Origin: an uncultured Flavobacteriales bacterium | GTDB taxonomy: Bacteria; Bacteroidota; Bacteroidia; Flavobacteriales; UBA7312 | Assembly (NCBI GenBank): GCA_913048435.1 | Contig: CAJWWC010000005.1 | Span: forward strand, 15,148-79,147 | DNA: 64,000 bases | Direction of reading: 5' to 3' | Part shown: in pieces, positions 19,358 to 28,981 of the stretch | How the letters are laid out: each line of letters begins with the position of its first letter | Position numbering within the stretch: position 1 is the stretch's first letter | Notes under the pieces: generated by a model | Told to the model about the DNA's origin: nothing | Database searches by the model: none | The model's input: the letters and a program-made list of their open reading frames with translations, nothing else | Program-made: the position numbers and the translations under genes

Positions 19358-20577
19358 AAATAATATTAAAAAATATTAAGTTTTCATGTTTTCCAATGCT
19401 TTTTTTAGTCCTGACATCAGGAAGTATGCTTTTTATATTTTTTAGAAAAGAGATGCTTTACTTTGCCTTTTTTCTTTTTACAACATTATTTTTAGCAAGG
19501 AATCTTTACAAAAGAGAATTTCTCATTTTAGTTCAACTTTTGACATTATTTATATTCTTATTAATCATTAATTTTATTTTTGCTTCCACTACACAATCTA
19601 CTCAAAAGTTGTTTGCAAATATTGTCATTTTTACAACTTCTATTTTCTCAGCCATGTATTATACTAGAGAAGAAAATAAAAGGTTATTTATTTCTCATCT
19701 CCAGCTGGTGCTAAAAATCATTTTGATTCATTCTTTAATTAATTTCTTTATATATCCTTTCACTAATTCTTTTATATATGAAATAAGTAACAATCGCTAC
19801 GATTGTTACACACTATTTAATTTTTTCTTTTATCTTAAAAATACACATTCATTTTCAATTTTGGGTATTGAATTTGTAAGAAATCAAGGAATTTTTTGGG
19901 AGCCTGGTGTTCTTCAAATTTTTCTTAATCTTCTTTTATTTATTAATTCGTTCATAAGAAAAAAAAGAGGAATTATATTTTGGATGACAATTATAGCATT
20001 ATTAACAACTTTTTCAACCACAGGTTTAGTTGTAATGTTTATTCAACTTATTATTTCTTTTGCCTATGATGTAAAAAAAAATATTTTGTTTCTTCCCATT
20101 GGAATTTTATTACTTTCATCAGTATATTATATAACATCTGTAAATATTTCAGAAAAAATACAAGGGGATAGTCAATATTCTTTTCAAGCTCGATATTTTG
20201 ATTTAATTCAACCTCTTTATATAGCAGTAAAAAATCCAATAACTGGTGTTGGATTAGATGATGAACAGTTTGTTGAAACTCGACAAAAGACTAATTTTTC
20301 TCTTAATTTAAAAGTTCTTGATTTTTCAAACGTTAATGACAGGGGATCAACTAATTCAATTATGTTTTTCTTGGCGGCAGCAGGTTTACCTTTTACATTA
20401 ATAATTTTATTTATGCTTTATCATCAAAAATTTGTGAATGAAAATCGTAAATGGTTTTTTATTTTTGTTATTATTTCATTAATGACGGAGCCAATTATGT
20501 TAAGACCTTTTTTCCTTACTTTTGTTATGTCAGGAGGTATACATATAATCAATAAATTTAGATGGAAAACATATTAA
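19354..20577 (+). CDS. wzy: O-antigen/EPS polymerase-like membrane protein (Wzy type)
   Basis: 407 aa, at least 10 TM helices, very Phe/Ile/Leu rich, located between the flippase and the glycosyltransferase genes. Confidence 0.6.
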   Translation: MKIILKNIKFSCFPMLFLVLTSGSMLFIFFRKEMLYFAFFLFTTLFLARNLYKREFLILVQLLTLFIFLLIINFIFASTTQSTQKLFANIVIFTTSIFSAMYYTREENKRLFISHLQLVLKIILIHSLINFFIYPFTNSFIYEISNNRYDCYTLFNFFFYLKNTHSFSILGIEFVRNQGIFWEPGVLQIFLNLLLFINSFIRKKRGIIFWMTIIALLTTFSTTGLVVMFIQLIISFAYDVKKNILFLPIGILLLSSVYYITSVNISEKIQGDSQYSFQARYFDLIQPLYIAVKNPITGVGLDDEQFVETRQKTNFSLNLKVLDFSNVNDRGSTNSIMFFLAAAGLPFTLIILFMLYHQKFVNENRKWFFIFVIISLMTEPIMLRPFFLTFVMSGGIHIINKFRWKTY

Positions 20578-21695
20578 TTTCTGGAGGATCGGGATTTATT
20601 GGTTCTAATTTAGCTTTGAAACTTGTTTCTTTAGGCTATAAGGTCAATGTGCTTGACAATCTTTCATCTCAAGTACATACTGATACAATAGAAAATTCGC
20701 ATACTTTTAAATCAATAAAAGATAAAGTCAATTTTATAAGAGGTGATGTTAGAAACAGAAATGATTGGCAAAAAGCTATTTCTAATTCAACTATTATTAT
20801 TCATTTGGCTTCAGAAACAGGAACAGGACAATCAATGTATCAAATTGAAAAGTATGTTCAAGTTAATTGTGGAGGAACTGCTTTGATGTTAGATATTTTG
20901 TCTAATGAAAAACACCGTGTCAAGAAAGTTGTAGTTGCTTCATCACGAGCTATTTATGGGGAGGGCAAATACCATTCTAAAAAGTTTGGATTTGTTTATC
21001 CTAATGCGCGAGACAATATTCAAATGACAAACGGACAATTTGAACTGTTATGTAGTATTACTAAAATCCCTCTATTAATGTTGTCAACAGATGAGGATTC
21101 GAAGATTCATCCATCCTCTATTTATGGAATTACTAAAAGTAATCAAGAACAAATGGTTCATGTTGTATGTAAAAGTTTAGGTATTTCATCAATTGCTTTG
21201 AGGTATCAAAATGTTTATGGTCCAGGACAATCCCTAAGTAATCCATACACGGGAATTTTATCTGTTTTCTCAACTCGAATTTTAAATAATAATTCGATAA
21301 ATATTTTTGAAGATGGTAAACAAACCCGTGATTTTGTATTTATTGACGATGTTGTTGACGCAACTGTTTTAGCTATACAAGATGACTCAATAAAATCTTG
21401 CTCATTAAATATAGGAACAGGAGAATCAACCACAGTTCTAAAAATTGGTAAACTTTTGAAAAAACTGTTTAATTCTGAAGTAAATATTGATATTTCAAAG
21501 CAATATAGGATAGGTGATATTCGACACAATAAAGCTGATATTACAAAAGCACGTGAACTTATTGGGTTTAGACCTAAAGTATCATTTGAGTTTGGTATAA
21601 AAAAGTTTGTAGAATGGGTTAAAAGTCAAGAAATTTATTCTGATATGTATGATCAATCAATAAATGAAATGAAAAATAAAGGCCTAATGAAATGA
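20562..21695 (+). CDS. NAD-dependent sugar epimerase/dehydratase (extended SDR)
   Basis: GGSGFIGSNL Rossmann motif and YGITK (YxxxK). Confidence 0.85.
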   Translation: MENILISGGSGFIGSNLALKLVSLGYKVNVLDNLSSQVHTDTIENSHTFKSIKDKVNFIRGDVRNRNDWQKAISNSTIIIHLASETGTGQSMYQIEKYVQVNCGGTALMLDILSNEKHRVKKVVVASSRAIYGEGKYHSKKFGFVYPNARDNIQMTNGQFELLCSITKIPLLMLSTDEDSKIHPSSIYGITKSNQEQMVHVVCKSLGISSIALRYQNVYGPGQSLSNPYTGILSVFSTRILNNNSINIFEDGKQTRDFVFIDDVVDATVLAIQDDSIKSCSLNIGTGESTTVLKIGKLLKKLFNSEVNIDISKQYRIGDIRHNKADITKARELIGFRPKVSFEFGIKKFVEWVKSQEIYSDMYDQSINEMKNKGLMK

Positions 21696-22594
21696 AAATT
21701 GGTGTTGTAACAGTTACTTTTAATAGTTCTTCTGTATTGGACGATTTTTTCACTTCTATCGAACAACAAGATTATCCAGACTTCAATTTATATATTATAG
21801 ACAATAAATCTGTTGACGATACGCTTTTAAAATTGGAAAACTGGAACTTTAAATCAAAAGTACTTTTAAAAAATAATAATAATCTAGGTGTAGCAGCAGG
21901 AAACAATCAAGGTATCAAGTTGGCAATTAAAGACAACTGTAAATTTGTCCTGTTAATAAATAACGATACAGTTTTTGAAGAAAAATTGATTTCAAAACTG
22001 GTTGAAACATCCAATATTTATGGTTCGTCAATAGTTGTACCAAAGATGAACTACTTCTCTCCACCAAACATGATTTGGTATGCTGGAGGTTTTTACAACA
22101 AAAAAAAAGCATTTTTGAATTTTCATCGAGGTCAGGGTGAGATAGATAATAACCAATATAATGTGGATGATAAAGTTGAATATGCTCCAACCTGTTGTAC
22201 ATTAATTCACAAATCAGTTTTTGAAGATATTGGTTTGATGGATGAAAAATATTTTGTATACTTTGATGATACTGACTTTTTCTATCGAATTTTAAAGAAT
22301 GGAAAACACGAAGTCAGGTACAGGCATGACATTTATTTTTTACATAAAATAGGAAGTCTCACGAATTCAAGAAATAAAGATAAAAATGTAAGGTATGGAG
22401 AATTTTTTATTAGTCAAAACAGTAAAAATCACGTCTATTTTTTAAGAAAACAAAAAACACTAGTTGCATACATCAATTTAATTTATTTGTGGTTTTATTT
22501 AACAATTCGTTTTTTTATTAGCCAAAGGTTTGAAAAAAAATGGAGTGTATTTTACCTTATTCAAACCTCCTACTTTCAAGGATTTAAAATATAA
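21692..22594 (+). CDS. Family 2 glycosyltransferase
   Basis: VVTVTFNS start, IIDNKSVDDT and FDDTDF (DxD-like) motifs. Confidence 0.8.
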   Translation: MKIGVVTVTFNSSSVLDDFFTSIEQQDYPDFNLYIIDNKSVDDTLLKLENWNFKSKVLLKNNNNLGVAAGNNQGIKLAIKDNCKFVLLINNDTVFEEKLISKLVETSNIYGSSIVVPKMNYFSPPNMIWYAGGFYNKKKAFLNFHRGQGEIDNNQYNVDDKVEYAPTCCTLIHKSVFEDIGLMDEKYFVYFDDTDFFYRILKNGKHEVRYRHDIYFLHKIGSLTNSRNKDKNVRYGEFFISQNSKNHVYFLRKQKTLVAYINLIYLWFYLTIRFFISQRFEKKWSVFYLIQTSYFQGFKI

Positions 22595-22596
22595 TA

Positions 22597-23445
22597 ATGA
22601 AAGTAAATACATTTATTGTAGGCGCACCAAAAGCAGGAACTACTTCCTTACATTATTATCTTAGTCAGCATACTAATGTGAGTATGAGTAGCGTAAAAGA
22701 ACCCAACTATTTTTCATCAAAAGAAGTAAAGTCATTATTCTACAATTCTAAATGTATTGAAGATAGTATTGAATATCATAAATTATTTTCAAGTGAGAAA
22801 AAACTTATTAGAGGAGAGGCCAGTGTTTCTTATTTATTTTACAAAGAAGTTCCTAAGCGCATACATGAATATAACCCAAATTCTAAAATTTTAATAATGC
22901 TTAGGAAACCTACAGAACGTGCCTTTTCTCATTATTTGATGGATTATAGATTAGGCTTTTGCTCAAAAAAATTTGATGATATATTAGCCAATCCAAACGT
23001 TCATCATCAATTCTTTCAACAATATATAGAGCTAGGTAATTATTATTCGCAGGTCAAAGAATATTTTAAAATATTTGGTAAAGAGCAAATAATGATAATA
23101 CTTTATGATGATTTTAAGACAAATACTTCTGAAGTTATGAGTAAAGTTTATAATTTTTTAAAAATTAGTAATAATCAAATCAATTTTAAAATTAAAAATC
23201 AATTTTTATCATCTTCAAATAAGTTGATTTCAAATCTGTATAAATCAAATTTACTTAGAAAAATATTAAAAATTATTTTACCAAAAGGTATATTGTCCTC
23301 AATAAAATCTACTTTTTTTTCAAACAATCGTAGACCTATATTTTCCAATGACTTGCAGAAAGAACTAAATAAATATTACGAAAATGATATTTTAAAATTA
23401 GAAAAGCTTTTAAATATAGACTTAGTCAAATGGAAAATAAAATAG
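22597..23445 (+). CDS. Sulfotransferase (second copy, paralogous N-terminus to 17848-18774)
   Basis: GAPKAGTTSLHYYLSQH and MLRKPTERAFSHY motifs. Confidence 0.8.
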   Translation: MKVNTFIVGAPKAGTTSLHYYLSQHTNVSMSSVKEPNYFSSKEVKSLFYNSKCIEDSIEYHKLFSSEKKLIRGEASVSYLFYKEVPKRIHEYNPNSKILIMLRKPTERAFSHYLMDYRLGFCSKKFDDILANPNVHHQFFQQYIELGNYYSQVKEYFKIFGKEQIMIILYDDFKTNTSEVMSKVYNFLKISNNQINFKIKNQFLSSSNKLISNLYKSNLLRKILKIILPKGILSSIKSTFFSNNRRPIFSNDLQKELNKYYENDILKLEKLLNIDLVKWKIK

Positions 23446-24551
23446 CTATAATAGATCCAGTAGGTATCAAAAGTGGAATGAATCATTATGATACATTTTT
23501 ATGTAACTCATTAACCAAATTGGGAGTTAAAACTTTCATTTTATCCAATTTCACATTAAAATCAGAATCAATTCATAGTAAAATATTTTTTGGGATTTTT
23601 TTTGAAAATAAGTTTTTTCAGGCATTTAATTTTTTGTTTGGAATGATTCAATCATGTATTCACTGTAAAAAAAATCAAGTAAAAGTAGTTTTTATTCATG
23701 TCTTTTCTACGCATACAATGTCAATAATGACTTATGCTATAAGTAAATTATTTGGACTGAGAACAATTACAATAGCCCATGATGTTTTTTCATTTACTCA
23801 TCAAGACAATAAATTTTATCATAATCTAATTTATAATTATTGGTCTAATAGAATAGTTGTACACAATATTTATTCATATAATCATTTACTTCCTCTAATA
23901 AAGTCTAAAATGCATAACAAAGTCAGTGTTTTAAAACATGGATCATTTGTTGGTTTGTCAGATGCATCAGTAACAAGAAGTTCGGCAAGAAATTTTTTGA
24001 AATTAGATCAAAACAGACAGTACATATTATTTTTTGGACGATTAAAGCCAGCCAAACGCTTAGATGTACTTCTAAAAGCTATGCCCAACATTGATTCTAA
24101 TATTCATCTTATAATTGCTGGTCACTCTGGAAAAGAAGATTTCAATCAATATGAATTAATTATTGATCAATTAAAACTTAAAAATAGATTGATACTTGAT
24201 ATAAATTACATAAGTGAAAATAAGCGAGAATTATATTTTAAAGCAGTAGATGTTTTGGCTTTGCCTTATGAACAAATATTTCAAAGCGGAGTGTTGTTGA
24301 TGTCAATGTCTTATGGTTTGCCTGTAGTTGCGTCTGCAATTTTACCTTTTGAAGAAGTTATAGATGATGGTGTTAATGGACTACTTTTCGAAAAAGGTAA
24401 CTCAGACGATTTGGCGAATAAGATTAATCAATTATTTAATGATAAAAATTTAATCAATAGTATTCCTGAAAAAGCTATTAGCCATATGAAAAATCATTAT
24501 AATTGGGACCCAATTGCCAAGGGTTACCTTGAAATATTAAAGCTAATTTAA
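23430..24551 (+). CDS. GT4 (GT-B fold) glycosyltransferase
   Basis: C-terminal GLPVVAS...EEVIDDGVNGLLFE, an EX7E-type motif. Confidence 0.8.
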   Translation: MENKIAIIDPVGIKSGMNHYDTFLCNSLTKLGVKTFILSNFTLKSESIHSKIFFGIFFENKFFQAFNFLFGMIQSCIHCKKNQVKVVFIHVFSTHTMSIMTYAISKLFGLRTITIAHDVFSFTHQDNKFYHNLIYNYWSNRIVVHNIYSYNHLLPLIKSKMHNKVSVLKHGSFVGLSDASVTRSSARNFLKLDQNRQYILFFGRLKPAKRLDVLLKAMPNIDSNIHLIIAGHSGKEDFNQYELIIDQLKLKNRLILDINYISENKRELYFKAVDVLALPYEQIFQSGVLLMSMSYGLPVVASAILPFEEVIDDGVNGLLFEKGNSDDLANKINQLFNDKNLINSIPEKAISHMKNHYNWDPIAKGYLEILKLI

Positions 24552-24575
24552 TTTTTGTTGCAACAAGATTTTAAA

Positions 24576-26165
24576 ATGTTATACAAGATGAAATATTTTT
24601 TAAAATATTTAATAGTATTGTTTCCTTTAATTTTGATAGGTCAAACAAACGTACCATTAAATCATTCTTACAATTCATTTGTAGAAAAGGATATGCATGA
24701 CATAGGTGTTTTAAAACACACCTCGATAAAGCCTTTTTCATATTCACATGACGACTCAATATATTTTTGCTCTTTTAAGCCAATTGTTTCAAAAAAGTCA
24801 TTCATTCATAATTTTCTTAACTCCAATTTACTAAATATTGACCATGTAGATTATAGTTTTGTTGTTAATCCTCTTTTTCATTTTGAGATAGCTGAAGACA
24901 ACGAAAAAAGATATGTCAACACAAGAGGAGTTGAGGTAAAGGGAAGGGTTGGTGAAAAATTAACTTTTTATTCATCTTTCTATGAAAATCAAATGGTACT
25001 TCCAAACTATCTAGAAGACTATGTGAGAAATAATGAGAATGTCGTGCCTGGTCAGGGCATTGTAAAGTATTACCCGTTTCTTAATGAGGGTATTATGGAT
25101 TTTTATTACGCTAATGGCTATATAGATTATAATGTCAATAAATTCTTTGACATACAGTTAGGTCATGGCAAACATTTTATTGGTGATGGTTATCGTTCTA
25201 TGATGCTTTCAGATAATTCATTTAATTATCCTTATTTAAAAATAACTACGGATGTATGGAAACTTAAGTACGTCAATATATTTTCACATTTTCAAAATAT
25301 TAATTTCAATATAGATGCACCAGACATTAGTAAGTCAAAATTTAGTGCAATTCATTATTTGAGCACTAACATTGGTGAACGTTTGAACATTGGTATTTTC
25401 GAATCCATAATGTTGGGGGAAGATAGTTTAGGTAATGTGTTTGATGTCAACTACATTAATCCTGTAATTTTCTACAGACCACTAGAGTATTCAATCGGAT
25501 ATTCAAGACAAGGTAACGCATTACTAGGTTTATCATTAAAGTATAAGATTACATCAACTTCTCATTTGTATGGTCAATTTGTTCTTGATGAGTTTGCAAT
25601 AAGTGATTTTAGAGCTCAAAATGGCGCTTGGCGTAATAAGTATGCAGGACAATTTGGAATAAAGTTTTTCGATGCATTTAGTTTTGAAAACCTAACTCTA
25701 CAATCTGAATTTAACTTTGCACGACCATTCACATATTCTCATTTCAAACCTACACAAAATTATGCCCATTACGCTCAGCCTTTAGCCCACCCTTTAGGAA
25801 CAAGTTTTTTAGAAAGTATAAGTTTTATTCGTTATAGAAAAGATAGATGGACGGCGAATATAAAATTGATACATGCGAAATATGGCGGAGAAATCGCAGG
25901 AGATACTACAAATTATGGCAGCAATATTTTTACACCTTATGACGAGAATTATAAAGAGCTTGGAAATGATATTGCTCAAGGAAACACATCTAATTTACAA
26001 ATCATAGACTTGAGAGTTGGCTATATTGTCAATCCAAATACAAATATGAAGATAGAGTTAGGTCTTATTAAAAGGTCGTTAAGTGATAGAAATATCTTCG
26101 ACGACAATCAGTACCTTTTCTTTTGCTTCAAAACCGATTTGCAGAATTTTTACTACGATTTTTAG
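24576..26165 (+). CDS. Outer-membrane beta-barrel protein, capsule-assembly Wzi-like
   Basis: Signal peptide MKYFLKYLIVLFPLILIGQ. The ATG at 24576 or 24588 is preferred over the TTG at 24555. It is aromatic/Gly-rich, barrel-like, ends in F, and sits at the end of the glycan locus. The family name is from memory. Confidence 0.5.
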   Translation: MLYKMKYFLKYLIVLFPLILIGQTNVPLNHSYNSFVEKDMHDIGVLKHTSIKPFSYSHDDSIYFCSFKPIVSKKSFIHNFLNSNLLNIDHVDYSFVVNPLFHFEIAEDNEKRYVNTRGVEVKGRVGEKLTFYSSFYENQMVLPNYLEDYVRNNENVVPGQGIVKYYPFLNEGIMDFYYANGYIDYNVNKFFDIQLGHGKHFIGDGYRSMMLSDNSFNYPYLKITTDVWKLKYVNIFSHFQNINFNIDAPDISKSKFSAIHYLSTNIGERLNIGIFESIMLGEDSLGNVFDVNYINPVIFYRPLEYSIGYSRQGNALLGLSLKYKITSTSHLYGQFVLDEFAISDFRAQNGAWRNKYAGQFGIKFFDAFSFENLTLQSEFNFARPFTYSHFKPTQNYAHYAQPLAHPLGTSFLESISFIRYRKDRWTANIKLIHAKYGGEIAGDTTNYGSNIFTPYDENYKELGNDIAQGNTSNLQIIDLRVGYIVNPNTNMKIELGLIKRSLSDRNIFDDNQYLFFCFKTDLQNFYYDF

Positions 26166-26185
26166 ATTAATCCCAAATTGAAAAT

Positions 26186-26205
26186 TTTACTAAATATTTA
26201 GTAAA
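26186..26205. promoter_or_regulatory. Perfect 20-bp palindrome TTTACTAAATATTTAGTAAA upstream of the oxidase operon
   Basis: All 10 base pairs of symmetry checked by hand. It lies 21 nt after the Wzi-like stop and 93 nt before the cyoE start. Confidence 0.5.
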
Positions 26206-26298
26206 TGAAGCCTCTGAAAATATAAAAAGTGGTAAATTTATACCTTAGATAAATTTAACGATTTTTTCTTAAAGTATTCAAAACCAAAGATTTAAAAA

Positions 26299-27153
26299 TT
26301 GTCCATAAACGACTTTTTACAACTTTCAAAAATTAGATTGACTACCAGCGTGGTGTTTTCTGCCATAGCTGGCTACTTTATTGCAGGAGGAATGCTAAAG
26401 TCGTTGGATTTGATAGCTCTTATTATAGGAGGATTTCTAGTTGTCGCAGCTTCGAATGGATTTAACCAAATAATTGAAAAAGATCTTGATAAATTAATGA
26501 AAAGGACGGAAGATAGACCTTTGCCTCAACAAAGAGTGACTACTTTCCAGGCTATGTCATTATCTTTAGCGATGGGCCTTGTTGGCGTTTATTTTTTGTT
26601 TTCAATCAATTTTTATTCTGGGTTTTTTGGTTCTTTGTCAGTTCTTTTGTATGTGTTAGCTTATACACCACTAAAAAGAATTTCATCCTTTTCAGTTTTT
26701 GTTGGTGCTTTTCCAGGAGCTATTCCGTTCATGCTAGGCTGGATTGCTGTAACTAATCATTTTGCAATTGAGGCAGGAATCCTATTTGCAATACAATTTA
26801 TATGGCAGTTTCCTCATTTTTGGGCTATTGCTTGGGTTTCAGATGATGACTACACAAAAGCAGGATTTAAAATGCTACCCGGTAACAAAGGAAAGTCGAC
26901 TGCATTTAAAGCATTGATGTATATAATGTTTTTAATTCCGTTGTCAGTATTACCATTTTTTAAATTCACTGGTAAACTAGAGCTTTCTTCGATTGCTTGT
27001 TTGTTAGCTTTGATTTTAGGCTTGTGGTTTATGACAAAATCTGTTTACTTGTTTAAGACACTTTCTAATGAAGATGCCAAAAAACTAATGTTTTCTTCAT
27101 TTATATATCTTCCTTTGTTACAATTAATTTACGTTATTGATAAACTATTATGA
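26299..27153 (+). CDS. cyoE: Protoheme IX farnesyltransferase (heme O synthase)
   Basis: UbiA-family membrane protein with NQIIEKDLDKLMKRTEDRPLP (NxxxDxxxD-like motif). TTG start. Confidence 0.85.
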   Translation: MSINDFLQLSKIRLTTSVVFSAIAGYFIAGGMLKSLDLIALIIGGFLVVAASNGFNQIIEKDLDKLMKRTEDRPLPQQRVTTFQAMSLSLAMGLVGVYFLFSINFYSGFFGSLSVLLYVLAYTPLKRISSFSVFVGAFPGAIPFMLGWIAVTNHFAIEAGILFAIQFIWQFPHFWAIAWVSDDDYTKAGFKMLPGNKGKSTAFKALMYIMFLIPLSVLPFFKFTGKLELSSIACLLALILGLWFMTKSVYLFKTLSNEDAKKLMFSSFIYLPLLQLIYVIDKLL

Positions 27154-27716
27154 AAACATTTCAAGAACAAAAAAACAATTCTGCTAAGCCACTATTATGG
27201 GTGTCAATGATTAGTATGTCAATGGTATTTGCAGGTTTAACGAGCGCACTTGTGGTCAGAAAAGCGGAAGGAAACTGGTTAGAATTTGATTATCCCATTT
27301 GGTTTTATTTGAGTACTTTACTAATAATTCTTTCTAGCTTTACTATTAATTGGGCGAAAAATAATATAAAAAAAAATCAATTAGATACAGCTTATAAAGC
27401 TTTTAAATGGACCTTTGGATTAGCCTTAGGATTTTCTTTAAGTCAATATTTGACATGGAACGCATTATATAATAACGGAGTTTATTTTACTGGACCTGGA
27501 AGTAATGCTTCTGGATCTTTTCTTTATGTTTTAACCTTACTGCATTTATTACATTTGGCTGGTGGAATAATTTCCTTAATCATAACAACAATTAAAGCAA
27601 AAAAAGAAATTTATTCTAGTTCAAATTTATTAGGAGTTGAACTATGCGTTACATTTTGGCATTTTCTAGATTTTTTATGGCTTTATTTGTTCCTATTTTT
27701 ACTATATATTCATTAA
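27150..27716 (+). CDS. Heme-copper oxidase subunit III family protein (short form)
   Basis: 5 TM helices and a C-terminal FWHFLDFLWLYLF motif. Confidence 0.75.
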   Translation: MKTFQEQKNNSAKPLLWVSMISMSMVFAGLTSALVVRKAEGNWLEFDYPIWFYLSTLLIILSSFTINWAKNNIKKNQLDTAYKAFKWTFGLALGFSLSQYLTWNALYNNGVYFTGPGSNASGSFLYVLTLLHLLHLAGGIISLIITTIKAKKEIYSSSNLLGVELCVTFWHFLDFLWLYLFLFLLYIH

Positions 27717-27743
27717 TATTGTAGAATTTTTAAATCTAGTAAA

Positions 27744-28640
27744 ATGTCAGATATTAAAACAAATGAAAATAAGGCGTGGACTGGCGGAGATATTCCATTC
27801 AAAGCAAGCTATGGAAAATTGATGATGTGGTTCTTTCTTGTTTCTGATGCATTAACTTTTTCTGGTTTTTTGTGTGCATATGGATTCGTTCGTTTTAAAT
27901 ATTCACACATTTGGCCTGTAGCTGATGAGGTATTTACACATTTTCCTTTTTTGAAAGGAGAATATCCAATGTTATTTGTTGCATTAATGACCTTTATACT
28001 TATAATGAGTTCAGTAACTATGGTTCTTGCAGTAAACGAAGGCCATAAAAATAATAAAAACAAAGTTATTTTGTGGCTAGGATTAACCATATTTGGTGGA
28101 TTTGTTTTCTTAGGTTCACAAGCTTGGGAATGGGGTCATTTCATTCATGGTGACAAAGGAGGTATTGAATTACCAAATCATGAAATTGTTCACGTTGTTA
28201 ACTCAGAAAATCATCCCTATTCTATTTACGATTTAGTTGGAGTTGACTCCTACGCAGAAAATATCACTATATCAGTTGATGATATTAAAAAAGCACTTAT
28301 TTCAAACACTAATTTTGGAATTAGACTTGCCAATAAGTCTGTCGTAAATGGAAAAGCAGCTATAAATTATTTAAATAATTCTGAGCTAGTACTTGGCGCT
28401 AACCTTGTTAAAAATGAATATGGACACCAGTTGTTTGCTAACTTCTTTTATTTTATAACTGGCTTTCACGGATTCCATGTTTTCAGTGGAGTTGTCTTAT
28501 TAATTGTCATTTTTATAAACGTAATTAAAGGCGTGTACGAAAAAAGAGGACATTATGAAATGGTAGAAAAAGTAGGACTTTATTGGCATTTTGTTGATTT
28601 AGTTTGGGTATTTGTTTTCACATTTTTCTACTTAGTATAA
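27744..28640 (+). CDS. Cytochrome c oxidase subunit III with a large inserted hydrophilic loop
   Basis: GSQAWEWGHF, TGFHGFHV and YWHFVDLVWVFVF motifs. About 95 hydrophilic residues lie between the EW..HF helix and the TGFHG helix. Confidence 0.8.
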   Translation: MSDIKTNENKAWTGGDIPFKASYGKLMMWFFLVSDALTFSGFLCAYGFVRFKYSHIWPVADEVFTHFPFLKGEYPMLFVALMTFILIMSSVTMVLAVNEGHKNNKNKVILWLGLTIFGGFVFLGSQAWEWGHFIHGDKGGIELPNHEIVHVVNSENHPYSIYDLVGVDSYAENITISVDDIKKALISNTNFGIRLANKSVVNGKAAINYLNNSELVLGANLVKNEYGHQLFANFFYFITGFHGFHVFSGVVLLIVIFINVIKGVYEKRGHYEMVEKVGLYWHFVDLVWVFVFTFFYLV

Positions 28641-28660
28641 ATAACAAAAAAAAGTAAATT

Positions 28661-28978
28661 ATGTCAGATAATACAGGAACATGGTGGATTTGGAGGGTAT
28701 TTTGGATTTTATTAATTGTTACAGCTATTGAAGTTATTCTTGGAATTATTAAGCCAGCTGTACTTATTGATAATGCATTATTGGGAACTTCTTTGCTAAA
28801 TCTTATATTTATAATACTTACTATCATAAAGGCAGCATATATTGTAATGGAGTTTATGCATTTGGGAGATGAAGTGAAAGGTTTAAAGCTTTCAATACTT
28901 TTGCCAGCAATTGTACTTATTCCTTATCTTATGTTCATACTGCTCACGGAAGGACATTATATTTTTGGTACATTATAG
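28661..28978 (+). CDS. Cytochrome c oxidase subunit IV-like small membrane protein
   Basis: 105 aa, three TM helices, positioned directly after the subunit III genes. Confidence 0.6.
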   Translation: MSDNTGTWWIWRVFWILLIVTAIEVILGIIKPAVLIDNALLGTSLLNLIFIILTIIKAAYIVMEFMHLGDEVKGLKLSILLPAIVLIPYLMFILLTEGHYIFGTL

Positions 28979-28981
28979 AAA

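Noticed and set aside
24553-24588. Possible fourth operator copy (TTTTGTTGCA-N16-TTATACAAGA) at the start of the Wzi-like gene
   Set aside because: Only the right arm matches well, and the left arm matches about 7 of 10 positions. It overlaps the start codons of a gene with no link to light. This is probably chance in AT-rich DNA.
27150-28640. Two adjacent subunit-III-like ORFs as a frameshifted pseudogene
   Set aside because: Each ORF has its own start, a full set of TM helices and its own C-terminal WHF.D..W motif. They are separated by a 27-nt spacer, so they look like two distinct paralogous subunits.
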